From Thermoplasmata archaeon (GTDB taxonomy: Archaea; Thermoplasmatota; Thermoplasmata; RBG-16-68-12; JAFNFQ01), in NCBI GenBank assembly GCA_041489255.1, contig JBGPQV010000006.1, forward strand, positions 65,147 through 129,146: DNA of 64,000 bases. Direction: 5' to 3'. Both the position numbers and the translations under genes were made by a program. Below, piece by piece: positions 1 to 9,339 of the stretch (its first letter is position 1; the number at the start of each line of letters is the position of its first letter). The notes under the pieces were generated by a model, which had not been told where the DNA came from, made no database searches, and saw only the letters and a program-made list of their open reading frames with translations.

Positions 1-2
1 AG

Positions 3-1103
3 GAGCGACAAGTCACAACCTATTACGGGTCACCCGCCGCGAGCTTGGTCGTCTATCCGTATGATCCAGGCAAGAAGATTCCCATCTCGACTCTTGACCT
101 ACTCCCCAAGCTACGCGACAGGCTTCAGCGGGCTAAATTAGCCGTGTTTATTGGATATTCCTTCAGGGATGCAGACATTAGGGAGATTCTCATGGACGCA
201 GCTAGAAAGAACCGGGGGCTGTACGTTGTTCTCGTATCACCCCGTGCCTATGAGACTTATCGAAAGTGGTTTGCGGAAACAGCCTCGGGAGTGCCTTCTC
301 CCCTGAACGGCCGGGTGGTCTGCCTGCCATTTCTTTTCGAGAAGGTATTCGTTGATCTTGTCGACGCCTATCTCTGGCCTCTCAGGAGAGGGAGAGAGAG
401 CTACAGTCTGGTCGCATCGGAGGAGACGGCGATGGGAAGGATCTCGCCTCCTTCGGATAGTGAGTACGTTCGGCGCGCACTTACGGATTTCGCTCAGGCT
501 GGCCACTTCGAAAAGGTGGTCGGCATCCTAGGGCAGTTGGGATCCAGCAAGGTTGATTGGCATCTCCTTAGCGATGCCCTTCCGACTGCATACGTCGTTG
601 CCGAACTCTGTGCGGCGGCTGATAGTGGGACATTTCTGGGTGCAAGAATCACCTCGTACCTAGAATCGCACCCTAATAATGTGCGGCTGACGCCCCAAGA
701 AACCTCAACAAATGGATGGAAGGCAACCGGCAACATATCAATGGTATTTCCAGAGTTGACTCCACTGGAGAGAGACAAGATAGCACTCAGGCTTCGAGAG
801 CAATCAGAGCGGGTGAAGAGGATCTGCGCCATGACGCGCGAGGATAGAATCACGGAGAATGTCCGGAAACTCATTTCAGCCCTGGATGGCGTTGCAGTCT
901 ATCTGGTAGAGCGGTGGCCAGGCCACGGTTTCATCCCCGTCAAACAGGTAGTGGAAGATGGGTGCAGACGTAACGCGGAGTGGAATGTCATTCGAGACCG
1001 ACTCTCGACTGTGGGCGAAGCTGGAGACAGTGATCTGCTTGAGCAGATGAGGCAATGCGAGAGCAAAACTTTCCTCAACCATGTGAGGAAGTATTGGCAG
1101 TAG
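3..1103 (+). CDS. SIR2-like domain protein (5'-truncated by window edge), probable defence NADase
   Basis: Frame open from position 3; VYP..K...L...L.RAKLAVFIGYSFRDADI matches the C-terminal motif of SIR2_2 domains; followed by a long helical region; codon usage unlike core genes. Confidence 0.7.
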   Translation, partial: ERQVTTYYGSPAASLVVYPYDPGKKIPISTLDLLPKLRDRLQRAKLAVFIGYSFRDADIREILMDAARKNRGLYVVLVSPRAYETYRKWFAETASGVPSPLNGRVVCLPFLFEKVFVDLVDAYLWPLRRGRESYSLVASEETAMGRISPPSDSEYVRRALTDFAQAGHFEKVVGILGQLGSSKVDWHLLSDALPTAYVVAELCAAADSGTFLGARITSYLESHPNNVRLTPQETSTNGWKATGNISMVFPELTPLERDKIALRLREQSERVKRICAMTREDRITENVRKLISALDGVAVYLVERWPGHGFIPVKQVVEDGCRRNAEWNVIRDRLSTVGEAGDSDLLEQMRQCESKTFLNHVRKYWQ

Positions 1104-1299
1104 ATTACGAGGCTCCTCCTAGGTTGGCCAGTTCCTGTTGAAGTTGTCGATATTCCTTTGTTGAGACCTTGCACTCAGTCCCGTTGAGGGTGAGGATTCT
1201 CACATCACTTCTCATTAAGCGAGACCGCCCACGAAGAGAATGCCAGTCCCGATCTCCAGCGTGGATTCCATCCGTTGGAGACATCTAAGGTGCCGTGGA

Positions 1300-1389
1300 G
1301 AGGTCGTTCATAAACGGCAGATATGACCGCCGAAGGCTCTCTCCTTAGCCCTTGACCTGGTTTACGGGAGGGGGATTATGAACGACCTT
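1300..1389. mobile_element. 90-bp MITE-like element
   Basis: Perfect 13-bp inverted repeat AGGTCGTTCATAA (1301-1313) / TTATGAACGACCT (1376-1388); flanking 5-bp direct repeat GTGGA (1295-1299, 1390-1394); no ORF. Confidence 0.6.
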
Positions 1390-1671
1390 GTGGACCTTCC
1401 CCGGTCGAGATGCCGAGGACGTCGGCGGTGACCGCCGCCGGACTCCTCCGGCATCGCCTATGTGACCAATTTGACCAGCTCCACGGACTTCTCCGCCACG
1501 CCCGACTCACTCGACGTGATCTCTCCAACGGCTTCTACGACATCTTCGTGGAGAGGCTGAACGTCCTCGTGGTGAGGCGATCGAAGGGAAGGGCCTCAAG
1601 GAAGCTCTCAAAGCGCTGGCGGAGCTCACTCACGAAGGAATTAAACGATTGGAGCTAATTAGTACCTATTC

Positions 1672-2988
1672 ATGAAATTCGAAACTGTTCTTGCTAGGCT
1701 CTGGAAGACTTTCGGAGACCGACCGTTCACGGTTAGGGAAGCTGCACTCTATCTTGGCTATAGCGCGCCTGATGTTCCGTCTAGGCCACACAGTCCGACC
1801 TCGTGGGGCGGCAGCGTCTCGCCCATCTGGAGACCTCGCCCTCCCGAAAAGACCCGGCAGCATTCGAAGGCGGACCTCTTTCGGTTACTCGATATGAAGC
1901 TCCTCCGGCGGACTCCCGCCAGCGAGGGTCGCCCGGGACGGCGTCCCTTCGCCTACCGTGTGAGCCGCAAGGGGCAGCGCTATCTCGAGTGGCTCCAGGG
2001 CCCGGGACTCCTCGACGCGTTCAAAGATTTCGTCGCCCAATGCAGCGGCGCCGGGGCGGTGCCCGCGGGTGATCGGCTTCTCCGTCGCCTGCACGCCTTG
2101 GAGGGAGGGCCCCTCTACAACACCCTACTCAGCGCTCTTGAGCACCGACTTGACGCCCTGCTCTATCACCCATCCGTGGAGGCCTCCATCGCCGCTTTGC
2201 GGGAATTCGCCTTCGCCTGCATGCTCGCGACCAGCGGTGCCCCCCTTGAGATGCAGCTCCGATCAGCGCGACTCCTCAGTCCCTACATCTATGGCCACTA
2301 CGTCCAGGGGGGCTCTGAGAACGCGGGCGGACCTCCCGGCACGGCGTCGGACCGCGCCCTTCAGATCGCGAACCTCTACGCGGAGGGGTTCAAGCTCGGG
2401 CTCCAAGTTGGGGCAAAGCGAGGGCCCTCGGCCCACCCTGAGCCGGGACTGGAGGCGGTTGGTGACCGCACTCAGGAATCAGCGCGGGAAGAGCTGAAAA
2501 AGAGATGGAAAGACGCCGACGCCGAGATATTCGGACCGAGCGACGCCAAGCCGCCGGGCCCTGGCCAAGAAAGCCCACCTGGCAAACCGACGACCGGGGC
2601 AGATATTCAGAACCTCGTCCGGAATCTGCGCTTCGCGGATGAACCATCGACCTGGTTGACGATTCAGCGGATTATCCTCCCCCTCGCCCAGGGACACACC
2701 GTGACCCTTCGATTTCCACGACCGCCTCTCGACATCGCGGATTCGGCAGGCGGGGGAGGAGGGCCGCCATATGTGGAGGTGCCGCTAAGTCGGCAGGGCG
2801 CGGATCTGGACTCCTTCCTGAGAGAAGTCCGTGGATCGTCCGGGCGTCCTGGGCCCGTGTTGGAGGCGATCGTGAGGGCGTTTTCCCGAAGCGCGGTTCC
2901 CGCAGCCGTCTCCGCCTTCGGCGACTGCGTGGCGGACACCTATCTTGTCCAGCGAGTTCCCCGGAAAGTCCCTGTCCGAAGGGTATAG
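1672..2988 (+). CDS. Hypothetical protein with N-terminal winged-helix-like domain
   Basis: 438-aa ORF; FTVREAALYLG...DLFRLLDMKLLRR...YRVSRKGQRYL resembles a wHTH; remainder Pro/Gly-rich and unrecognised. Confidence 0.55.
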   Translation: MKFETVLARLWKTFGDRPFTVREAALYLGYSAPDVPSRPHSPTSWGGSVSPIWRPRPPEKTRQHSKADLFRLLDMKLLRRTPASEGRPGRRPFAYRVSRKGQRYLEWLQGPGLLDAFKDFVAQCSGAGAVPAGDRLLRRLHALEGGPLYNTLLSALEHRLDALLYHPSVEASIAALREFAFACMLATSGAPLEMQLRSARLLSPYIYGHYVQGGSENAGGPPGTASDRALQIANLYAEGFKLGLQVGAKRGPSAHPEPGLEAVGDRTQESAREELKKRWKDADAEIFGPSDAKPPGPGQESPPGKPTTGADIQNLVRNLRFADEPSTWLTIQRIILPLAQGHTVTLRFPRPPLDIADSAGGGGGPPYVEVPLSRQGADLDSFLREVRGSSGRPGPVLEAIVRAFSRSAVPAAVSAFGDCVADTYLVQRVPRKVPVRRV

Positions 2989-3501
2989 CAAAGCCTCCCA
3001 ACCATGTCGACGCCAGTCGGTGTCACCGCCCCACTGCTTGGTGGCAAAGGTTGTCAGGAATTCTGTCGGGGTTCCCGACTTGGTATATCCCGCCTCTTGA
3101 AACGTGTCGGTGCGTTCTGGACATTCTTCCCGCTCACTCCCATTATCTTCTCAAGCAGGGGCAGGAATTTGTTCTGTAGCACGTTCTCAGGTCTGAATGC
3201 CGCCCAGGAGAAGGCGGTTCTTGCCGCCCTGAATTAATTCCAGCCTTGGCCAGGCCTACGTCGAAGCCGATGGTCGCACTACAGGGAGGTGGACTACCCT
3301 GCACACCTCACTCAGCGTCAGCCTCCCGCATAATTTTCGCCCTTCAAGCCGTGAGGCCGCGCTTCCTGCCCAATCTTCCCCTCCTCATAATCTCCGTGTA
3401 GGTTCTGAACCCTTCTTTATAAGCCAAAAAATGAATAAATGAGTCCCTTCCAAACCGGAAAGGCCAAATAAGGGCATCAGCTTCGAGAAAGCCTACTTCA
3501 C

Positions 3502-4074
3502 ATGTACATGAAAGTCCAGCGGGAGGATGTAGTCCGGATTCCCCCTGAGAGGCTCGGAGAGAACCTCGACGCCCTCGCGAGGGAGCTAACGAGGACTTCG
3601 TTCGAGGGCAAGATTAGCGGCGACAAGACGCTGACCATCCTCGCATCGAACATCGAGCGCCTCGGCGAGGGCAGGATAGTCCACGGCGACGGAGCGGTCT
3701 ACCAGAAGGTGAAATATGACGCAGTCGTCTTCGCGCCGCAGCTTCAGGAAGTCGTCGATGGCGTTGTCGTCGAGATACTCAAGTTCGGGGCGTTCATCCG
3801 CTTCGGCCCGCTTGACGGCCTGCTGCACATCAGCCAGGTCATGGACGACAGGGTCGATGTCGACGAGGAGAACCAGCGGCTCATAGGCAAGGACACGAAG
3901 AAGGACCTGCGCAAGAACGACAGGGTCCGCGCGCGAATCGTGGCGGTGAGCCTGAACGAGAGGGCGCCGAACGAGAGCAAGATCGGCCTGACGATGCGCC
4001 AGCCCGGCCTCGGCAAGCTGGAGTGGCTTGAGGAAGAGAGGTCCGGCGGGAAGAAGGGGAAGAGGAGGCGCTAG
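3502..4074 (+). CDS. rpoE1: DNA-directed RNA polymerase subunit Rpo7 (E')
   Basis: VRIPP, S1 domain FGAFIRFGPLDGLLHISQ, C-terminal KIGLTMRQPGLGKLEW. Confidence 0.97.
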   Translation: MYMKVQREDVVRIPPERLGENLDALARELTRTSFEGKISGDKTLTILASNIERLGEGRIVHGDGAVYQKVKYDAVVFAPQLQEVVDGVVVEILKFGAFIRFGPLDGLLHISQVMDDRVDVDEENQRLIGKDTKKDLRKNDRVRARIVAVSLNERAPNESKIGLTMRQPGLGKLEWLEEERSGGKKGKRRR

Positions 4075-4077
4075 GCG

Positions 4078-4269
4078 ATGGTCCAGAAGGTCCCGAAGGC
4101 GTGCAAGCACTGCTCGCACATCACCGATGACGACAAGTGCCCCCTTTGCGGGGCGGCGACCAGCAAGGACTGGCAGGGATATATCGTCATAGTGGACCAC
4201 ACGAGGTCCGAGATAGCGAAGAAGATGGGCATCCATGCCAACGGCAAGTTCGCGCTCAGGGTTCGATGA
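4078..4269 (+). CDS. spt4: Transcription elongation factor Spt4 (RpoE'')
   Basis: KACKHC...CPLCG...W.GYIVI.D...SEIAKKMGI...GKFALRVR; follows rpoE1. Confidence 0.97.
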   Translation: MVQKVPKACKHCSHITDDDKCPLCGAATSKDWQGYIVIVDHTRSEIAKKMGIHANGKFALRVR

Positions 4270-4718
4270 GTTCAGAATTGAAGAGGAATTTATCATCCTA
4301 ACAATGCTGAGAACCATGCCGGGTTCATGCGAATCAGGAACCTTTAGAGACTTGCGATGCCTGACTGTCCCCGGACGATATGGAAGATGATGGATGCGAC
4401 CGAGCAGACGATTCTAATCACTCAGGCCCTGCAAAATGAGACGATTCCTAAGCCCCCGCCCTCCGGGGCATCTTCCAAAAACCAGCTGAAGGCTCCACTT
4501 ATAATCAGTCGGCTGCGTCAGGAACTCGACGCTTTGAAGAACGGGCCCAAACAGCCTTCATCATTCTCGATTGGCCGAAGGGTGAAGGCGGAACATCGAG
4601 GCCCTCGGAGTACAGTGCGATATGTGATATCTGGATAGGGATATGGGGATATGTTTTCACATTCACTCACCTACACATAACGCTTATATGCAATGCCTCT
4701 TATATGGTATAACGCCGG

Positions 4719-5537
4719 ATGTCCCGGCTGGTAATCAATATGTCGATGAATACAGAAAATGTAGATGTGTCCGTCAAGCGTGCGATTGAGAGGCCCCGAA
4801 CGCGCAGCAAATACCCGTTGCCCTCGGAACGGTTCCCTTTTGGGGTACACTTCGAGGTTCTGCGGCAGTTCATTGTTCGGACCAAACAGGGATCGGAACC
4901 TGTCAGTGTGGGAGCTGTCGAGGGAGGGACCTTGCAGAAACAGGCCGCGTCTCTAAACGTGGGCTTTCTAACATCACTAGGGCTGCTCACGGAGGCCAAG
5001 GGGAAGTACACTCCCACGGAAGCCGCAATCCGTTTCGTGAACACCCGAAACGCCAGCGACGAGCGCGCACGAGCAATCCTGCGCCCGGTCATTGAGGATT
5101 CCTGGTTTGGAACGTTCGCGAAGAACTGGTTTGCCACCAATCCAATGACATCCAAGAGCGATTTCGTCCGTGAATTAGCCCTCTACGGCGAGGTATCGGA
5201 CATGACAAAGAAAGAGCGGGCATTGGAAGTCCTTGTAGAGTACCTGATGTACGCACAGATAATCGCCATGGGCGCAGACGGCAATCTGTCGTCGGGCGGA
5301 GGGCCAATGGGCACGACATCCGGTGCCACAGCATCCCCGCCCTCGCCAACCATGGGACTACGCGCCGCTCCCTTTGTGGCACCCATTGAGGGCTCCGTCG
5401 ACTGGCAGACTGTCCAAACCGATGATTTTTATGTCAAGGTGCGGCCCGATCCCGATGTGCTGGCAGACCTTCGTGATCACCTCGATCTGCTTGAGAAGAA
5501 GATCGAGAGACAAAGGAGCAAAAAGCCTACATCCTGA
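4719..5537 (+). CDS. Hypothetical helical/winged-helix protein (DUF5343-like), cargo of the insertion
   Basis: 272-aa ORF; FLTSLGLL.E..GKYTPT..A..F pattern recalls DUF5343-type proteins (by eye); AT-rich TATA-like region upstream; start may be 4740 or 4746. Confidence 0.6.
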   Translation: MSRLVINMSMNTENVDVSVKRAIERPRTRSKYPLPSERFPFGVHFEVLRQFIVRTKQGSEPVSVGAVEGGTLQKQAASLNVGFLTSLGLLTEAKGKYTPTEAAIRFVNTRNASDERARAILRPVIEDSWFGTFAKNWFATNPMTSKSDFVRELALYGEVSDMTKKERALEVLVEYLMYAQIIAMGADGNLSSGGGPMGTTSGATASPPSPTMGLRAAPFVAPIEGSVDWQTVQTDDFYVKVRPDPDVLADLRDHLDLLEKKIERQRSKKPTS

Positions 5538-5632
5538 AGCTGGCAAGGAGACTAGGTCGGGACGCGAGATCAACCCCTGCGGTATCCCCAGGACGCGATA
5601 CGTCCGACGTCTTGCTGACGCACCTCACCCTC

Positions 5633-5640
5633 TTTATATA
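5633..5640 (+). promoter_or_regulatory. TATA box for DPCK-rps24e-rps27ae, located inside the insertion
   Basis: TTTATATA ending 28 nt before ATG 5669, the spacing of a leaderless archaeal transcript. Confidence 0.6.
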
Positions 5641-5668
5641 TTCAGCAGGTCGTTCCGCACCTCCGAAG

Positions 5669-6223
5669 ATGCCCTGCAGGAAGCCTTTTTCCACAAGAGC
5701 GGTCGGGTTCGATGAGTTCTTCAGGGACCTGAGGCTGCCCGATGACATGAGGGATTTCCTCAAGGAAGAGCCCGGGCCGGTGCTTGTCGGCGATGAACTG
5801 CTCAAGGTCGCGAAGCAGGCGAAGCTCCTGGTGAGCGTCGGGGATTTCTGCACGATGGATCTGATCACGAGGGGGAGACCGCCGGACATCGCCGTCGTCG
5901 ATTTCAAGACGAGGCGGGAGGAGAAGCTCGAGTACGCGCATGTCTTGGAGGCGTTCGGGGAACTCGTCATGGAGGTCGTCAACCCGCCCGCCATGATCAC
6001 TAGGGAGGCGTGGCTGGCTGTTTCCGAAGCGTTTAAATCAAAGAAGCGGGTAAGGCTCGACATCCGGGGAGAGGAGGACCTTCTCTCTCTGGTGTGCGTG
6101 GCACTCGCGCCCCTGGGCACGACAATCGTCTACGGAATGCCTGGAAAAGGCGCCGTGGTCGTGCTCGTGGACAGCAGAGAGAAGAGCAAGATGCGGAGCA
6201 TCTTCAGAAAGATGGTGGCGTAG
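5669..6223 (+). CDS. GTP-dependent dephospho-CoA kinase (DUF359 family)
   Basis: SVGD, PDIAVVDFKTRR, VVNPPAMIT, GEEDLL, VYGMPGKG motifs; conserved position before rps24e. Confidence 0.92.
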   Translation: MPCRKPFSTRAVGFDEFFRDLRLPDDMRDFLKEEPGPVLVGDELLKVAKQAKLLVSVGDFCTMDLITRGRPPDIAVVDFKTRREEKLEYAHVLEAFGELVMEVVNPPAMITREAWLAVSEAFKSKKRVRLDIRGEEDLLSLVCVALAPLGTTIVYGMPGKGAVVVLVDSREKSKMRSIFRKMVA

Positions 6224-6763
6224 TTGGAAGTCGAGATAACGAGCAAGCGGGAGAACCTCCTTTTGAAGAGGTTCGAGGTCAAGTTCCAGGCGACGCACGC
6301 CAGCGAGGCCACCCCGAACCGCGAGACGATGCGCGCCGAGATCGCGAAGGCGCTCTCTGCGAAGAAGGAGTTCGTGATACTCGACTGGGCCCGCTCCGAC
6401 TTCGGGAGGACGAGGACGGTCGGGTACGCCAAGATCTACAAGTCGAAGGAGGACGCGCTCAAGTTCGAGCGCAAGCCCATCCTTGTCCGCATGGGGCTGG
6501 TGGCTGCAGAGGTGAAGGCCAAGAAGGAGAAGAAGGCGCCACCGGTGAAGGTGCCAAGGAAGGAAGAGGCAAAGCCGGCGGAGAAGACACCGCCAAAGGA
6601 AGAGACCAAACCCACCAAGAAGGAGGAAGCGCCGAAGAAGGATGAGGGCGCGAAGCCCGCCGAGAAACCAAAGGAGGAGAAGGCGGCGCATGCGGAGAAG
6701 CCGGCCAAGAAGGCGGAAGGCGAGAAGGCCGAGGCGAAGAAGCCCGCCAAGGGTGGTAAGTGA
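6224..6763 (+). CDS. rps24e: 30S ribosomal protein S24e with long K/E/A/P-rich tail
   Basis: [28 protein letters not shown]; TTG start. Confidence 0.95.
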   Translation: MEVEITSKRENLLLKRFEVKFQATHASEATPNRETMRAEIAKALSAKKEFVILDWARSDFGRTRTVGYAKIYKSKEDALKFERKPILVRMGLVAAEVKAKKEKKAPPVKVPRKEEAKPAEKTPPKEETKPTKKEEAPKKDEGAKPAEKPKEEKAAHAEKPAKKAEGEKAEAKKPAKGGK

Positions 6764-6951
6764 TGGCGAAGGAGAAGAAGGCTGCCACCGCCAAGCGGAT
6801 GTACTACAAGATCGAGGGCGGGAAGATAGTTCGCGAGAAGCAGCAGTGCCCCAAGTGCGGGCCCGGGACCTTCATGGGCAAGCACGTGGACAGGGTGTCC
6901 TGCGGGCGATGTGGCTACACTGAGTTCTTCAAGAAGTCACCGGACGTTTAG
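6763..6951 (+). CDS. rps27ae: 30S ribosomal protein S27ae
   Basis: YYKIEG...[26 protein letters not shown]. Confidence 0.96.
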   Translation: MAKEKKAATAKRMYYKIEGGKIVREKQQCPKCGPGTFMGKHVDRVSCGRCGYTEFFKKSPDV

Positions 6952-6987
6952 TCTCCGCACTGCCTCCCCGATGAGGCGAGGTGGACC

Positions 6988-7464
6988 ATGAAAGGACTGA
7001 TTGTGTTCGACAGCTACTTCGGAAACACGAAGTCGGTTGCTGATGCGATTGCAGAGCAGGCCAGAGCGGAGGGCCACGAGGTCGAAGTGGTCTGCGTCCG
7101 GGATGGAAAGGCCTAGGAGCTCACGGCGGATTTTCTATTCGTAGGTTCGCCGACGAGGATCGGGAGACCAACAGGCAGGGTGAGGAAGTTCGTCAAGAAG
7201 CTCGATCGTCAACAATGGGGCGCGAAACCCATCGCGGCCTTCGACACATACATGGCAGCAAACCCCGAGAACCCGAAGAGCAAGAAATGGACCGAGTACG
7301 GGGCCGGTTACCTCATCTATGATATGCTCAAGGAGAAGGGGTTCAATGTCCGCTCTCCACCCCTGAAGTGCCTAGTCACGGATTCGAAGGGACCGCTCGC
7401 GTCCGATGCACTTGACAAAGCAAGGCAGTACACGCACGAGTTCCTCTCGACGCTCGGCAAGTAG
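6988..7464 (+). pseudogene. Flavodoxin-domain gene with in-frame TAG at codon 43
   Basis: SD GAGGTGG + ATG; MKGLIVFDSYFGNTKSVADAIAE...GKA*ELTADFLFVGSPTR...AAFDT; TAG at 7114-7116, frame intact on both sides. Confidence 0.8.
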
Positions 7465-7556
7465 CTCAGCTTTACAGACGCCCGCTCCTGAATCCAAAAA
7501 GCTCTTATCGTCATGCACAATCGGTGAGCCTGAGAGCCTAAGAGGAGCGTTCCACC

Positions 7557-8060
7557 ATGCACAAGATGACCGAGAGGAATCTGAGCGACGCGTATGCGGG
7601 AGAGAGCCAGGCCTTCATGAAGTACAATATCTGGGCCGACAGGGCAGAGCTCGAAGGAAAGAAAGGAGTCGCGAAGCTATTCAGGGCGATCTCGCATGCT
7701 GAGAAGGTGCACGCGACGAACCACTGGCGCGCGCTCGGCATGATCAAGGGCACCAAGGAGAACCTGGAGAAGGCGATAGAAGGAGAGAGATACGAGGTCG
7801 AGGAGATGTATCCTGCCTTTAAGGCAGTAGCAGAATTCCAGAAGGAGAAGGCGGCGATCCAGACCACGGACTACGCGCTCCAAGCTGAGAAGGTGCATCT
7901 GGAGATGTACGAGAAGGCGAAGGAGACAGTCGCGGCGGGGAAGGATATCCAGGTCGGCGACATCTACATCTGCCCCGTTTGCGGGTACACCATGGAGGGC
8001 TCCGCCCCCGACAAGTGCCCGATATGCGGCGCGAGGAAAGAAAGTTTCAAGAAATTCTGA
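7557..8060 (+). CDS. Rubrerythrin
   Basis: AYAGESQA, AEKVHA, GERYEVEEMY, AEKVH, C-terminal CPVCG/CPICG rubredoxin domain. Confidence 0.95.
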   Translation: MHKMTERNLSDAYAGESQAFMKYNIWADRAELEGKKGVAKLFRAISHAEKVHATNHWRALGMIKGTKENLEKAIEGERYEVEEMYPAFKAVAEFQKEKAAIQTTDYALQAEKVHLEMYEKAKETVAAGKDIQVGDIYICPVCGYTMEGSAPDKCPICGARKESFKKF

Positions 8061-8187
8061 GGGTGGTTGCCAGAAGGGGCATCCAGCAACCGCCGATGAG
8101 AATGATGCGTTCTGGATTCAAATCTTGAAAAGAAACCGGGTCGGAAGATTTAATTACGCCCTTGCACAGTGCGCGGCGGGATTCACC

Positions 8188-9201
8188 TTGAAAGCTGGAA
8201 AGACGGTAACAGCATTGGCGGTGTCTTGGCTTGTGATCGCCGGCGTCCTCTCGATGTTCGTGGCGATTCCTCAGAGGGCAGCGGCACAGACAATCACGGT
8301 GACAAATCCGAGCTCAGGCTCCGTGTGGTACGCCAGCAGCACGTATACAATCATGTGGACCTCGTCGGGCGCTGTAGGTCCCGTGAAGATAGAGTACAAT
8401 AATTCATACCTTGCAGTCTCAGACGTCATAGTAGGCAGCACTGCCAACGACGGCAACTATGATTGGACCGTGCCGAGCATCATCGACTCGTCCAGCTATT
8501 ACTTCATCAGGATTAGCGACGTCGGCGACCCGGCAGTCTACGACGATAGCCCATTTTTCGATATCGCTGGCGGTTCGGGTAGCGGCACGATAAGCGTGAC
8601 TGCTCCCTCGATCTTGACCACGTGGTACACGGGCAGCACCTACGATATAACGTGGTCCACCACTGGCAGTGTCGGTCCGAACGTCCGGATCGAATATTCC
8701 GAGTTCCCGTGCGTATTGTGTACTCCTGTCACAATCACTTCGAGCACGCCCACAGCCACGGGGAGATATTCTTGGGCGATCCCCACATCATTGGCTGCGG
8801 GAGCCTATACCATCACAATCACAGATACGAGCAATGCGAATATTGACGACAACAATTACTATTTCACGATTAGAGCTGGCTCCAACCCGATGCTGATCAT
8901 CGCCGTCATTGCGATCATCGCGATTGTGCTGATAGTCGTCGTCCTTGCAGTCGTCCTCGCGATGAGGAAGAAGAAAACCGCAGCTCCGCCTCCCCAAGCC
9001 AACATCCCCGTCATGCCTCCAGCGACACAGTACGCCCCGCCGCAATACCAGACTCAATATCCACCGCAATATCAAACTCGATATCCTCCGCAACAGCAGG
9101 TTGCTCAGGCACCGGCCGGGGGGACCAAGATGTGTATCAACTGCGGCAAGTCGATACCGGCCGATTTCACCTTCTGCATACATTGCGGCGGCAGGACCTA
9201 G
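8188..9201 (+). CDS. Membrane-anchored Ser/Thr-rich Ig-like protein (two Kre9/Knh1-like repeats, TM helix, P/Q-rich linker, zinc ribbon)
   Basis: Signal peptide; two ITVT.P....WY....Y.I.W...G.Y.W..P repeats; hydrophobic helix; QYPPQYQT repeats; CINCG...FCIHCG; TTG start chosen. Confidence 0.8.
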   Translation: MKAGKTVTALAVSWLVIAGVLSMFVAIPQRAAAQTITVTNPSSGSVWYASSTYTIMWTSSGAVGPVKIEYNNSYLAVSDVIVGSTANDGNYDWTVPSIIDSSSYYFIRISDVGDPAVYDDSPFFDIAGGSGSGTISVTAPSILTTWYTGSTYDITWSTTGSVGPNVRIEYSEFPCVLCTPVTITSSTPTATGRYSWAIPTSLAAGAYTITITDTSNANIDDNNYYFTIRAGSNPMLIIAVIAIIAIVLIVVVLAVVLAMRKKKTAAPPPQANIPVMPPATQYAPPQYQTQYPPQYQTRYPPQQQVAQAPAGGTKMCINCGKSIPADFTFCIHCGGRT

Positions 9202-9339
9202 GGATTCGGTTTCCCCGGCAAGGCATTGTCCCCACCGCGGACCGGCATGGCCAATTAGCATCAGCGTGAGCTAGGGTAGAATCCGTGCGAGACGAGGCAA
9301 TCTATTTCAATGTCGTCCCGCTCTCTCGGCCTTGCAGAC

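Larger units (their letters stand above)
4259..5719. mobile_element. 1.45-kb insertion bounded by a 15-bp direct repeat
   Basis: GGGTTCGATGAGTTC at 4259-4273 and 5705-5719; interrupts the normally contiguous spt4-DPCK-rps24e-rps27ae cluster. Confidence 0.75.

Noticed and set aside
1301-1388. Xer/dif site, because the arms end in CATAA/TTATG
   Set aside because: dif arms are 6 bp apart; these are 62 bp apart with a flanking duplication, which fits a MITE better
1410-1658. 82-aa ORF upstream of the wHTH orphan
   Set aside because: No SD, motif or other support; cannot be called
4357-4638. 93-aa ORF inside the insertion
   Set aside because: No recognisable features; overlaps a partial hairpin repeat; not an integrase fragment as far as I can see
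3502-7464. Genome-wide TAG reassignment
   Set aside because: rpoE1, DPCK, rps27ae and many other genes end in TAG at the expected C-terminus
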